Below, piece by piece: positions 24,401 through 37,498 of a stretch of DNA of 64,000 nt. The DNA is from Ophelia neglecta. Taxonomy: Eukaryota. The notes under the pieces are model-generated. The model saw nothing but the letters and a program-made list of their open reading frames with translations. It was not told where the DNA came from and did not search any database. The stretch covers positions 82,150,001-82,214,000 of the forward strand of contig OZ260662.1 in assembly GCA_965285935.1 (NCBI GenBank). The letters run 5' to 3'. A program made the position numbers and the translations under genes. The stretch's first letter is position 1. Every line of letters begins with the position of its first letter.

Positions 24401-24744
24401 GTCTCAAAGCAATTTAAAACAACAGGCAATTTTCTTCCGGAGAACACTAAGTATAATGGGAGTGACAATCGTAAATATCAGACAATCTACGGCGGTACAG
24501 GTCTCCGGCGAGACGGCTGAACACTATTGTCACAAAGAGCCTCTAAGGGAATAGTTGTCAGCAAGATTAAGCGCAGACACAAAAGAAAACAAATAGCCTC
24601 AGATGCAATCTCTGGGTGAAAGCCCTCGGGATTAGAGAGAATTCCGAGGCAAGGCCGTAAGAGGGACTCAAATCTACTATCTCCCGGCACGCTGAGTCTG
24701 CACAACTGATATGGCAATGTATTCACTTAATACGAACGACCTAC

Positions 24745-24847
24745 CTGAGGACTCCCCCTGCCTGTCTTCACTGTGGGAGGGAGCTATCAGTCCACAAAGA
24801 CACAACGTCTGGATTGTCATAAGAATAGTAACTGCTTTCCTATCCAT
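24745..24847 (-). CDS. Gene B, exon 1 (signal peptide)
   Basis: AAAATGG start, MDRKAVTILMTIQTLCLCGLIAPSHSEDRQGESS, G|GTAGGT donor. 103 nt, phase 1, clearly paralogous to 2672-2774. Splices in frame to 9834 across a 14.9-kb intron whose two ends are homologous to the ends of gene C intron 1. Confidence 0.8.
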
Positions 24848-25137
24848 TTTTAATGGCTCTCCTTATAGCTGAGTGCTTTTCTTTCCAATAACAGTGATCT
24901 AAGTATATTGAGATTGGTATCATCGACCAATAGTACACAAACGTACACCCGTATCACCAACAGACTCCAACTCTAAGTCACGGTTACACAGGCAATCCAC
25001 ACTGAATCGAAGTATTTGTGTGAAGTTGGCCTACAAAGATGCTATGGCCAGCAGGCACACTTACTATAAGGAGCAATAATCAGGTGTCTGGTAAAAAACC
25101 GATAAAGTGCAAATACAATGGTTGTCAGTCAGTCGTT

Positions 25138-25290
25138 GTAAGCTATCAAGTCTTATTGCCCTTACTGAGAGCACTGCAAGCACGGACCTGAGGCAATTCC
25201 CCTCGAACTCTGCGGCCTTGCTACGGCAGTTAGCTTTAATATAAATGCGACCCTCTCCAACTTGGTGCCAAAGTTATGCACAGTTGTTGA
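25138..25290 (-). promoter_or_regulatory. Upstream block of gene B conserved with gene C (putative proximal promoter/5'UTR)
   Basis: Shares ATTGCCCTTACT, CACGGACC, ACCCTCTCCAACTT and TTATGCACAGTTGTTGA in the same order with 2841-2979. TATATTAA on the minus strand near 25236-25243. Confidence 0.55.
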
Positions 25291-28038
25291 CGACTTTTCG
25301 CCTCCCGCGGGTGCCTCGCATTCAGATCACATAGCAATGTGTTAACTAGCTGGTCTCTCGCAGTCACAAATCGAAGTGGCCTGGCAATGAGCCCGATAGG
25401 ACATACTCGCTGTCTGACTGGGGCGAGCGCTTGTCAATTCCCCTCATTTCCGTCTTTGATTAAGATTGCGCCTCGAACGCTCGGCAGACGAGACCGTGAA
25501 ACGTGCCTAGCGTCTCTCAGCAAGGGCGGAATCGACTACCCATCTATTCAAAACCCTCCACACATAGAGTTAAAGGTCGGAGCTCCAAGAGTAGTAGACA
25601 AATGCCCAATTTCCGGTGCCGGAAGAGGAGGCAACGTGGTGCCGTTTCGCGGACATAACAAACACTTTTTTCTTTAATTATCGTCCAAAGCTTTTATCAA
25701 TAGAGGACTTACTTCCTGTGGAAATCGCTCAGATTCCAAGTAACAGTAGAGCGTAATAGGTATAAAACTTTGCTCGTCCATCGAGTGAAGTCAAAAGAGT
25801 GTCTACTTGGTATGACTAATATTGATATGGAATGAAGAAACTCCAGAATTATTAGAAACTAAATATGGACAATGACGCAAACAACATTTTTTAATGGCCG
25901 AAAGGACATATATGTGACAACAATGGCTACCTAAGTGATCGTGCAGCCCTTTATCTCCGATGAATGACAAGCCGCCAAGAATCGCCTTGGCTTTTTATGA
26001 TAGCTGTTCTGTTTAACTACAGCAAATTAAAAATATATTTGGTCCCCTACCGACTTTGACTTTACTTATAACATAAATAGATTTAACCTGTCCTATTTGG
26101 GGGATGGGGTGCGGGTGGGGGTTGCAAGGTTAGACCTGAAGATATGCCCGTACGCCAGACATTTATCATTTTTGCTTGAAAGTGACCGCATACATTATAT
26201 GCATGGTGCTGACTGGATATGATCAGTATAAGACATACCAGACAATAGTTTCTCTTGTAACGGTTATCTGTGCCTTCTGGTTCCGATCTTGTTTGTTAGC
26301 TTACCGAAGCCTCAGACATATGTTTCACATTTAATCTGACAGTCATGGGAAACAAATACGACGCACACAGCGATCTTCGACTTCGAAGCTCTCCAGTATC
26401 TGCCTAACACGTCTCGGAGACCGAACTCGCGAGCCCCCGTCCCGCTGAGAAGGCGCGGAAAGCGAGAAATAAGAGAACAGTGGTCGTGCCGCAGGTCAAA
26501 ATCAACATGGCGTCGGTCACGTGCTTGGTAGACGCCCCTCTAAACTAAATATCTGACAGGCGGCAAGGAGAGAGGTGACGACCCCAAGTATTATTACAGT
26601 CTGTTAGAATATATGTGGCTGAAATCTGACTAAACAATGCAATCATACGGGAAATGGGCGATAATTTAAAGTGACTAAAGAGCTTGCAGCAGACACATTT
26701 AAGCCCAAGAAAACCTTATCGCAGTTGAACACTTTTAAGTGTCCTGAATGTCCAGAAAGAAATCAATGAGCCTAGGATGAATTTCAATTGTTTTTGTTTT
26801 TCGATCTTTTTGCTTTCGCGGACAAATTCGGCCTATGATAAATGCAAAGTTTGAAGGAGTGATCAGCAAGGTGTAATAATTTATTGAAATGATAAGGAGC
26901 CAACATATGATACACATGGGGCTAAATGACAAATTTACGAGCTCCTGTAACTGTATAGGCTTGGGCCTATAGACTTTTTTCTTCGGAAATTGTTAGCACA
27001 AGATTTGTTAGCTAGGCCTAGTATATTTACTTTATCATGTGCCCGTTAAAGCTTGTAAATTATCTTTTAAAGTATAAAGTCCTTTATAATAACGCGGGTA
27101 ATTACAAAATAATAGTCTGTTACGCACATTTACATGTCAATGAGCCATTATATTTTACTAAATGTGAAGTAAAAATTCAGACTTCAAACTGTTCTTTATA
27201 ACACATCCCTTGCATGATATAAAACATCACAACGGTCGGCCTCGGTTTATTTGTTTGTCGTTTGACTTGACGCACAGATAACATCTGGCAGACCAGACAA
27301 CATTGGATTTGGCTAAATTGTTGCGATAAGCAGACGACTATTGGCAGCGCGAGTCGTAGGAGGTGACAATGATGATTGAGCCACTAAAACTGAACAGCCT
27401 GCCTTTAATGAAATATTCATCTGCGAGTGGTCGATGATAGAGGTGCCGCGTGCGAGTGATGGGTGGATAAAAAACGAGGCTAAGCGAGGCGGGAAGATGT
27501 AGCGGGCGATGATAGGGATAGACATCACACGGCCAGACCTCAAAGTCCATGATGAACTAATTGTACACCGATTTGTGGCGGTAGCGAAGGCAATGTCACA
27601 CTTCAGGAAATAATCTAATAGGCCTTATTTGTAAATTAACTTTAATAATGTCAATATTGGGTGTGACATGACAAAATTCTTCTAAATGCATTCCAAAACA
27701 TGGTTCCAACGTTGAGGTAAAGTTGCAATATACCATAGGAAACTTGTCAGTCGCACTGGAATTTGCTTGTAAAAGCCTACCAAACCGGGCCCCCGTATAT
27801 TCGAGGATTTTTAAAATATACTGACATATATACCGGGATAAACGCGGGCGAGTTGGTATCCAGGGCCGTAACGGACCAAATTACACCCCGTTTATTTGCC
27901 ATGTAGAACAGTGGATCGGTCTGTGCTGTAACGTTAGATCTATATTATATTCAAAGAGTTAATACTCTAAATAAAATATAAGATAAACATACACAAAACG
28001 TGTAGCTTACTTGCCATATAAACCTAACATTAACTGAT

Positions 28039-28130
28039 TCCATCCAACTAGGATCTGTCCAACTTGGATCCACCTAACTTGGTGCCACCTTGGACACTTA
28101 ATTCCAACTAAGATTCGTCCCACTTGGACC
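28039..28130. repeat. Degenerate ~15-bp repeats (CCAACTTGGAT-like)
   Basis: About 6 ACT(T/A)GG-centred units in 90 bp. Confidence 0.55.
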
Positions 28131-30059
28131 ACGACCCTTCTCTTAATCTCAGTATTTGCAGGTCAAAAGTTAAATTAGACCCTCTTTTTGAAGCTAGGTC
28201 CGCTCTTTTAGACATTTTTTTGCAGAAAACCGCCGCTCTTTTTGACCCTTGTTTTACGATACAGCTCATTTTTACCTGTATTTTCAGCTCCATGTGAGTC
28301 GGTTTTCGGCGGACTTAGAATACGATTGACTTAGAAAAATAGTGGTTTAAGTGACATTTTCATTATATTAAACTGCTGAGGGGGATAGTTGTGGGTTTAT
28401 TAGAATTCAGCATGAATACATGGCACCAAAACATTTATCTATTTGCTCATATTATATTAATATTATATAAATGGATTTCTGAACATAAATATGTTTTATG
28501 GTGTCTGGTTGCTATGACAACAACTGTGTCATGCACTTAGACCATTGTAGAATTGGAAATGTCACTTATACCATTATTACAAATAAGACAATGTATTACT
28601 CTAGCCAATAAAAAAAAGAGAAAAATCTACCTGGGCTTGACACGTGCTACATAAAATCGGAAAATGACGATCTGAATATAAAAATGGACCTTTTCGTGTA
28701 AAGTGAATGTCAAATTAGGATCAAGGATGAGAAAAATCTGCTGAAAGTCAATGTCAAAAATAGGTTCAAAGGCTATGTCGGTGCATATTTTCTGCATTGT
28801 GAAATTTATAGTAGGAGTATTTCACTTATAACATTATGAATCATAATAAAATATAGTCGAAATAACTGATCAATTTCAATAATAATATGTATAATTAATT
28901 CATATTTCAATTTTGCATAACGACCAATTAGATACCATAAATAACATAATACGGGTATATTGAATCATAAACATATATACTCAACCTAAAGCATGTGAAT
29001 GAATTCATTTAATATGAAACAAATGTATAGATAAAGTGATAATCGGGCTAAATATATTAATCGGCTTCAAAAAGGAACTTAATATAGCATTATAAGCAAT
29101 ATTATTCGTTATATATTATGCAGCTAAGATATCTGCCTACTGTTAATGTAACTATGCTTTGGAATTGTCCACTTACCCATCTTGGCACTCAACTCACTTA
29201 GTCCATTATTGCACTAAAGCCATCTCCATATCTTGAGCATTCTATAGCTTAACTTCCATGCTGCATCTATTGAATGATTTTTCTTGATATTAGGAGATAA
29301 AATATTTCTCTGGAATACTAGTTGTCTTAAGAAATTGCTTTGTTTCGTAATGATCATTTGGCATCTACTCACATTATAGTATAATGCACTTAGGCCACTT
29401 TTGCACTAGGCGTTTCAATAATTTCTTAAGTCGCCAGGTGGAGCCTTTCTTGTTGATATATGTAACACTACTACTAGTACCTCCATTAAGCAATGGCTAA
29501 CTCAATTTTGGTTTGCATGTCACTTAGACCAGTATATTACTAAACCACTCATATTATAATTAGTATTACAAGACCTGGGGACTCCCGGGAATGCATTAGT
29601 TATGGGTCAAGTGGTTATGTCGCAAATCATAACTTTTCCGGGTAGAACCCGTTTAAAACAATCCGTGTCAACACTGAGTTATAAGAAATTCCGACTTTGA
29701 TACAGTGTCAACAACTAAACGCATGGACTCTACTACAGCACGGGCTGACAGCTGTAAAGGACAACTGCAATTTTCCATTTTAAAATGGTCGGCAATGTAT
29801 TTGCGGTAAGTCTCCGTGTCCAAATAAGGGCTTACTTCCATTTTACACATGCACTGAGAATTTTAATGTCACCAGTTGGATAGGGGGGAATATCGCAACC
29901 GCTACTCGTGTATTTAAATAAAGATTGGTCCTGAGTGGAAGACATGTAGATATTATGTCCAGCCCGTGCCTGTGAAATCACACCTTGACATGGTCATCTC
30001 CATGTCCCAGTATTAATACTTTTTAGGAGTCACAGTGTTGCTTCCTGCAATAGACTCAA

Positions 30060-32330
30060 TTGTAAACTACTTAAAATCTAATAGTCTTCCTGTGGGATAT
30101 TTAAGGTATAAAACTCAGTAGGTCACAGCTATACAGCTATGTCAGGTGACAGGGCTTACCTTGTAAAAAACTCAAGTCGGAGGCATTGGAAAAATAATTA
30201 TGCCTTAAAAAAGAAAGTTCTTCCGTCGCTGGTAAAAATGAATCACAAAAAGGTCCCCATAATAAGATGGAGCGCACAGACGAAAGGAGAAAGGTTAAGC
30301 TATCAGTTAGATAGCAAGGCGCAATTCCATTTATTCATTTAAAAAGCAAAAGAATTGCAAAAAAATTCAGAAATAGACCAAAAATGCTTGTGATTCAATC
30401 AATAATTCCAGTAATACATATTGCTTTTCTGTTTTGATAAGCTGTGCTTTATGCAAACTCCTTTTGACGACAGTAGTGTTACCCCAAACTGTTATACTTG
30501 GCCGAAATGCGGCTGCACAATTGTATTATTAATATTCATATGATTTCACGACTTACTTTGCCTCTTAATCTATACGCCAAATTCCAATTTTGGCCGATAT
30601 TTTGTTACATGAATTACTTGCATGAATACCCAATTTTGTTTCTCGTCAAATGCAATCCAAGGTATTTCATATTTTCAACATATTTATTAGGATTTTCATA
30701 TCATCAATTGATTAATATTTTCATGAATGAACCATAAGGGATGAACCTATTTTCACAATACAGTTAACCACCTGGGAGGAACCTATTTTCACAATACAGT
30801 GAACCATATGGGGGGAACCTATTTTCACAAAACAGTGAACTATATGGGTGAAACCTATTTTCACAATACAGTGAACCATCTGGGAGGAACCTATTTTGAC
30901 AATACAGTGAACCATGTTGGAGAAACCTATTTTCACAATACAGTGAGCCATCTGGGAGGAACCTATTTTCACAATACAGTGAACCATCTGGGAGGAACCA
31001 ATTTTCACAATACAGTGAACCATCAGGGAGGAACCTATTTTCACAATACAATGAACCATGTGAGAGGAACCTATTTTCACAATACAGTGAACCTTCTGGG
31101 AGGAACCTATTTTCACAATACAGTGAACCATCTGGGAGGAACCAATTTTCACAATACAGTGAACCATCAGGGAGGAACCTATTTTCACAATACAATGAAC
31201 CATGTGAGAGGAACCTATTTTTACAATACAGTGAACCTTCTGGGAGGAACCTATTTTCACAATACAGTGAACCATCTGGGAGGAACCTATTTTCACAATA
31301 CAGTGAACCATCTGGTAGGAACCCATTTTCACCATACAGTGAACCACATGGAAGGAACCTATTTTCACAATACAGTGAACCATCTGGGAGGAACCTTTTT
31401 TCACAATGCAATGAACCATCTGGGAGGAACCTACTTTCGCAGTACAGTGAACCATCTGGGAGGAACCCATTTTCACAATACAGTGAACCATATGAAAGGA
31501 ACCTATTTTCACAATACAGTGAACCATGTGGGAGGAACCTATTTTCACAATACAGTGAACCATATGGGAGGAACCTATTTTCACAATACAGTGAACCATC
31601 TGGGAGGAACCTATTTTCGCAATACAGCGAACCATCTTGGAGGAACCTTTTTTCACAATATAGTGAACCATATGGGAAGAACCTATTTTCACAATACAAC
31701 AATTAGTTAATTTAATTGTGAGACGGTTGGTTTTCAAACCATTTTAGCGAATTGCCAGAGTTCATTTGGAGAGATTTCTCAACTTCTTCTTAATATGTGA
31801 AACACACTGTTTGAAGAGCGGTGTCATCCGCTTGGACAGCTTGCATACGTAAATTCAGTTCACTGTCTGGTAAACCAATCATTGACATAAGCCATAATGC
31901 CCAAATTTTCGGAGAAAAAATTGGTAAACTTTAGTATCAAAGCGTTTTTGAAAAATCCCCCAACCAGGCCATCATTCACACCATCCAATCAAGTAATTCT
32001 ATAATCACTCTCCAAAGAAATATCTGCTGAATTTTGTTCTCTGTATCCTGCCTGATCAGAACAAATAAAATCTTGTTTCGTAAGTTATTCCTTGAGTTGT
32101 CGTTGGGCGAGTTTTCAATCAGTTTGGCAATCTGGAATATGTCTCAAATTGGTCTGTAATAATCAAGTGACTCTTGTGGCCCCTTTGTGTTTGTATACTG
32201 GAGTTATCTTAGCAGATTTCCAATCTTCTGGTAAATGACCAGTTTGAAGAGAGAGATTGAATAATCTAGTCCAGCACAAGTTTTCTCCACAAAGCCTATC
32301 AATTTTTGTATGTTGATCCGAGGTGGGACA
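30060..32330 (-). mobile_element. Degenerate CR1/L2-type non-LTR retrotransposon (RT region), interrupted by a minisatellite
   Basis: Broken-frame translations RLFNLSLQTGHLPEDWKSAKITPVYK (32178-32270), YRPI, AFDT (~31940), ADDTAL (31814-31831), NRLTI, VENMKYLGLHL (30647-30679) and INGIAPCYL (~30300) occur in canonical order. Many stops and frameshifts; ends approximate. Confidence 0.85.
30729..31697. repeat. 36-bp minisatellite, about 27 copies (GAACCATCTGGGAGGAACCTATTTTCACAATACAGT)
   Basis: Direct reading; 12-aa periodicity in three ORF frames; 144-bp (4-unit) higher-order duplication. Confidence 0.97.
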
Positions 32331-32439
32331 TTTGCTCTAAGACGGCTCATGTCCAATACATTATTATTCGTCCCAAGAATGTGTGTCCCTAGACGATTTC
32401 ATATTTTCATCAATTCATTCTGTACAGTTTAAGGATATA

Positions 32440-32616
32440 CAGTGGTCCCTGCGATGAAGGGACCCTCAGATGAAGGGACTCCCTCCGGCCACAGGACATT
32501 TATCAATTCCCATGTCCTATCTTTCGTATGTTAATATCCCTCTGAACAAGGGACACCTGCTATGTAGGGACACTTTGCTTGGATTCAGAGGTGTCCCTAC
32601 ATCGCAGGGACCACTG
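32440..32616. mobile_element. Tc1/mariner(pogo)-type MITE, 177 bp
   Basis: 24-bp TIR CAGTGGTCCCTGCGATG(A/T)AGGGAC with 1 mismatch, flanked by TA on both sides. Confidence 0.88.
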
Positions 32617-35600
32617 TACATGTATCAGTATACATATCAGAGCTCCCATAGACCGGCATTGATTTATACAATTTAAGCTTGAGGGAATTACCGGTGCCAT
32701 GCAAAGACATAGCATCCTGGGGTGTTCTTCCATTGAATGTGTCTATTATAAGAAGTTACTGTTGCCATGGCTGGTTCATGGCTTTGAAATAACCAAATGA
32801 AATTCAGTTATCTCCCAAAATACACATCGGGCAAGACATTTACCTTAGATCGGTTCTTAATGAATTAATCTAAGGGTAAAAGTATATTTTGATAGATACA
32901 GACCATTTCTTATTACTTTATTAGATTTTTTAATAAAGAGCTCGTAAGCTGCATGCAACTGACATGTCTTTAAGCAGTAATTTTTTCTTTCTTTTCTTTT
33001 TACTGCAACTTAGTCGGACTATTAATGCTTGTAACGTTGTTCATTGCACTCGGTTATGGTAGGGTTCTATGGTCATGTGACTGGACCGAAGGCGGGAGAT
33101 TCACTGACGCTGTCAGCGGATGAGCGGTGGGTCACCTGGGTTAGACAGATACTACCTATAACTGTCGCTGATGGATCGCACTTCCGACGACAATGACGGA
33201 TCATTAATAACCGCCGTGATATACGAGGGGCGCCTCTCCGATAACGACCGGCCTTGCTCATCGGACTCGGAGGCGGGCAGCTCGTGCGTTCGTCAGTGTG
33301 TGCACCGGGCTTTAAAAAGAAGTAAAGGGTACATTGAGTTGTCTCATGAACAAAACTGTTAACGCCGGAAAAAACGAAAAATTCCAAACGTGTTTGTTCA
33401 ATATAAGGAAACACATTCTTACTGTATATCATTTTCCATGCTTTTTCATGTTCCCATTTAATCAATTGTTATTATTTAGTGTTAATCCCTTTCATTCATA
33501 CCACATTAGCCTATATACACTGCACATTCATTATATGCTAAGACGAACACTAAGCTACTTTCTAACGGTATTTATGGTCTAATCACATTTAGAATATTGC
33601 ATAAGACATGTGATAAACTAAACTAAGATGGTTCATGGCACGCAGAGAACATACCATCAAGGATAAACTGTTCCAGTAGAAATGGGTGGGGTGCAAGTAG
33701 AGGGAACTCTACCTGCATTATATAGCATGGTTTAATCATTATGGTCCTTGGCACGCGGTTCTTACAAGTATTTTTGATAGTGGTAAAAATAAAAGGTTGT
33801 TGGTGATCCGGCAGCTATTAGCCACCTTTAGCTTTTATAGCTATCACTAATAGCCCTAATCTGTCTAAAAGACATTGAATGTCATGGCAACTATAGGCTA
33901 TAGTCTCCTTTGATAAATCTTTATGTTTTATTAGTAGCCATCAGTATTAGCAAGCAATTAATCCATTGCTTTTTCTGTATCATACTACATGTACATCTAC
34001 TCGCCTCGTGTCTTCACTGTGGGTCATACCATCATTGGCAGATGGTACGTAACAGATGGCAGAGACAGGTCTCTATAGCCATCGAACCGTTCGCTTCGTG
34101 CTATGTGCATTGGCAAAATATGAGGGAGATAACCATATTGCCCAAATTGGACAACGGGCGTAATTAACCCTGAATTATTTATAAGCAATGATCAGCTGGT
34201 GTGGTAATAACTATTTATCGCATACATTATTGAGCGGTTGCGGATTCATTTAGTTTAATTAGCCTATAATGCGTGATTGACCCCGAGAAGCCACGTTCTC
34301 TAATCGCCCGCCACGATATCAATAGGTGTGGATGACAAACTAATCTCGGCCAAATGAACAGCATCCAGCAGACGACCTTCAGCAAATGAAAATAAATGAA
34401 TTTGGCAGGGATACAAGACCGAGATTAAATTGCCAGTTAATGGGTGGAGTTACTCATAATGTGAGAGAAAAATGAAAACCCATCATGTTTAAAGGTATAT
34501 CTTTGATTAGTCATGCACGCACTCTCGTTGCTGCCATAATTAATATGACTAACTTTGATCTACTGTGCCGTGCAGTCGACTTGCATTGGCGTAAAGTCCT
34601 ATCTGAAAAACTATAAAAAGGCTGTTATAAATGCCCATACGCATTGATCAGAGCTCCCGTCATATAGCTTCTAGGTTTCTATAAGGAGTGAAGGTTGGTA
34701 TAAACACTGGAATCTCTCCTTATATCAATTAGTGCATGACAAATGTTTTAGCCATGAGTCTCGCCATTTCCTCTACTCGAAACAAAAATAAGTATGATTT
34801 GTGCCCCAATGAGCCAAATGGGTCGTTGCTGGCAAATTTTTTTCTTCACATTTTGGCCATGCTTGGTACTCTTTTGACAAACTTTGTTTGGCTTGTGTGG
34901 TTGATACAGTCGTGAGTAAGTACATATAGCGTATACTAAGTCGGTGGCCGTCTGGTTGAACATCACACTGAAAATAATCACATTAGATTGTTTCAGTTTT
35001 ACTAACAAATCTGTCCCGTTTATTGCGTTGAGTAAACGCGTGTTGAGCGTTCTTAATATTTTTTGTGTTGACAAATGTTACTTCCGGTATTTAGTATCTG
35101 AGACTTACCATCAGTTTAGTAAATGGAATTATAATTTTATGTCAACAGACGCATATTCTTCTTTATACTCATACTTAGTAGGTTACTAAAATTAACATAT
35201 TGTTATTTATAGTGTTTGTAGTTGGGATATATTGTTCCGAAATCTACGGTACTCATCGCGCTTAAATTGGAAGGGTAAAGCTCCTTCGATTAAGCTCGCC
35301 TCAACAATGTAGGGTATGGAGCCCTATAGCAAACATGCGCACGCATTCGTTTTCTGTACTCTTAACAGAAGATACTTCGAATCGCTATATTGATTAAAGC
35401 TATAGTTTCATATTCGTTGGGGTTCAGGCTAGAACAATACAACAAATCAACAGATACAAGAGATAAAGTTTTGTGCTATTTTTCAGGATGCAACAAAATG
35501 CAATCTGGAAAAATCGAGGCAGTAGGCTTATATAGGCCTATAGGTTAGATGAGGGACAAACTTACACGTCCGATGTATTAATGTATGGATGGTCATGTTG

Positions 35601-37320
35601 TATAATCTTACTAGTAAAAGCAGTTTTTTCTTATATTGCGGTGTAAAAACGTGGGCGGGCGAGGAGGCGCGCGTAATTGCTTGAGTTTACACTCAACTTC
35701 AATTACCGCTTGATGGGATAGGTATAAGGTAAATTCTTAGCTTTCCAAACATCATGGTGGAAAAAGAATATATTTACATCAACAATGAAAATGATGCTTA
35801 AGATAATCAGGTACTGATGAGACTATTAACCTAAAATACATTCAGTGCATATTTGCAGATGTGCCAATTGCAAATACTAAAATTACTGCACTTAAAAATA
35901 TCAGACTGTGAATCAATTAGGATGATTTATCAATATTGCGACGGCAGCTTTAATTATGATACCTGTCTGTCTCTGCATGTCGTCGGTAAATAGGAACGTT
36001 TTTTAATCATAGTCTTTATATTTATTCAAAACACATTATGATTGGGAAAATACTTCTAAAAGACTGATATTACTATATTTTTTTGACCTGAGTCTCATCA
36101 CGCTAGCTTGTTTATCAGAAATCGCAAGTTTACCCGAAAGCAGCACCGATTTGGCTGAAAAGAGCACAGATTTAGCCAAAAATCGCCTCCTTATTGAAGT
36201 TGGATATTATACCGTGTATCCGGAAAATGGCATTTAAATCTAGACACCATGGTCATTCATATCTTTATATATCATTGGGGGAATGATAAACAATTAATTA
36301 ACCCCCAAGCTCAGTACTTTTTTGTCATTAACCTTAATACCTAGACATACCGCAGTTGCCCCTTATCCTGCCTACTTTTTGTGTAGGAATTGCCAGTCAA
36401 TGATGCTTATTTCAGACGTCCGAGGCAATTCTTTGGCGCATGATCATTCCTCGATATTCATGGCAGTCGTTTGATGCAAATTAGACCATAGTAGGCCTAA
36501 GAGAAAATAGTGCCTTCTACGAAGAGCATGTACATTACTGTTTAATGCAAAGGCTTAATGGATATACCATATAGAATGTGGGACGTGATCATGGGCATGA
36601 TATAAAACTGATTTAGAATATGTTGTTCTTGTTAACAAGTTGGGAATTTGAAGAATTTACCATCATTATTACAGTTTGCTGTCAGAATTGTGATGAAGTG
36701 GTGTATAGTCATCCCAGGCACGTGTGTTGAATTTGGCTGTATGGAAGGAGAGGTCATATATTTACCATTTTGGGCAGCATCTTGTCATCCAAACCACAAG
36801 GAACCGTCCTGACCGACGCGCAAACCACATGCATAGTTTTACTGTCAATGCCTAGTCCCCCCGCCGCAGGAGGCAAAAATAAAACCGTGGACTGCCTAAG
36901 AGCACAGTGTTGCAGGCTAGAGCAGCTGTCGTCGATGTCAAATGAACGCCGTCATGGGAGAATCGGATTCCACAAGTCACCAATACACAATGTTAAACGT
37001 TATTTGTGTGATCTTTGAAGCCAATAAACTTCAGACACACGCTGAAACTGTCCAGATATGCCTACGCCAGTGGGTTATATTAAGTTTTGTTTTTTTTATG
37101 TGTGCATTTTTATCATTATACATGTTATCAATCACATATTTCAATGTATCTATCATATATTTCAATGTTGTGTTTATAGTGTGCGCGCAGTTGCTCATTG
37201 TATATATCCATTGCATTCTATTCATGTAAAGAGCTTGTGATTGGTTTGTCCAGAATGTGTGCAATATAAATTGTATATAAGATAATAATAATTTGAATAA
37301 GAATTTCAGTGAAGTTTGTA

Positions 37321-37498
37321 CAGTGATACCTGTGAATAAAGACCACGCAAGCGACTAGAAAAGAATGGTCTGATTATGGAGGTGGTCTGTTTAAACAGGT
37401 AATTTTACATTAAAAGTGTACCATATGGCCGTAATATTAGTGGTCTGGATTCACACGTGGTCTGAATATAGAGGTGGCCTTTAAGGCAGGTTTCACTG
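37321..37498. mobile_element. Tc1/mariner(pogo)-type MITE, 178 bp
   Basis: TA|CAGTGATACCTG ... CAGGTTTCACTG|TA, with internal GTGGTC repeats. Confidence 0.8.

Noticed and set aside
6830-24847. Naming gene B as EVA1C/eva-1, latrophilin or a rhamnose-binding lectin
   Set aside because: Only the SUEL domain is shared; the CUB-like and CCP-like exons and single TM do not match those architectures.
30721-31737. Three >300-aa ORFs (and a possible CRISPR-like 36-bp repeat)
   Set aside because: Units are contiguous with no spacers, the DNA is eukaryotic, and the open frames on both strands result from a stop-free 36-bp unit inside a dead LINE.
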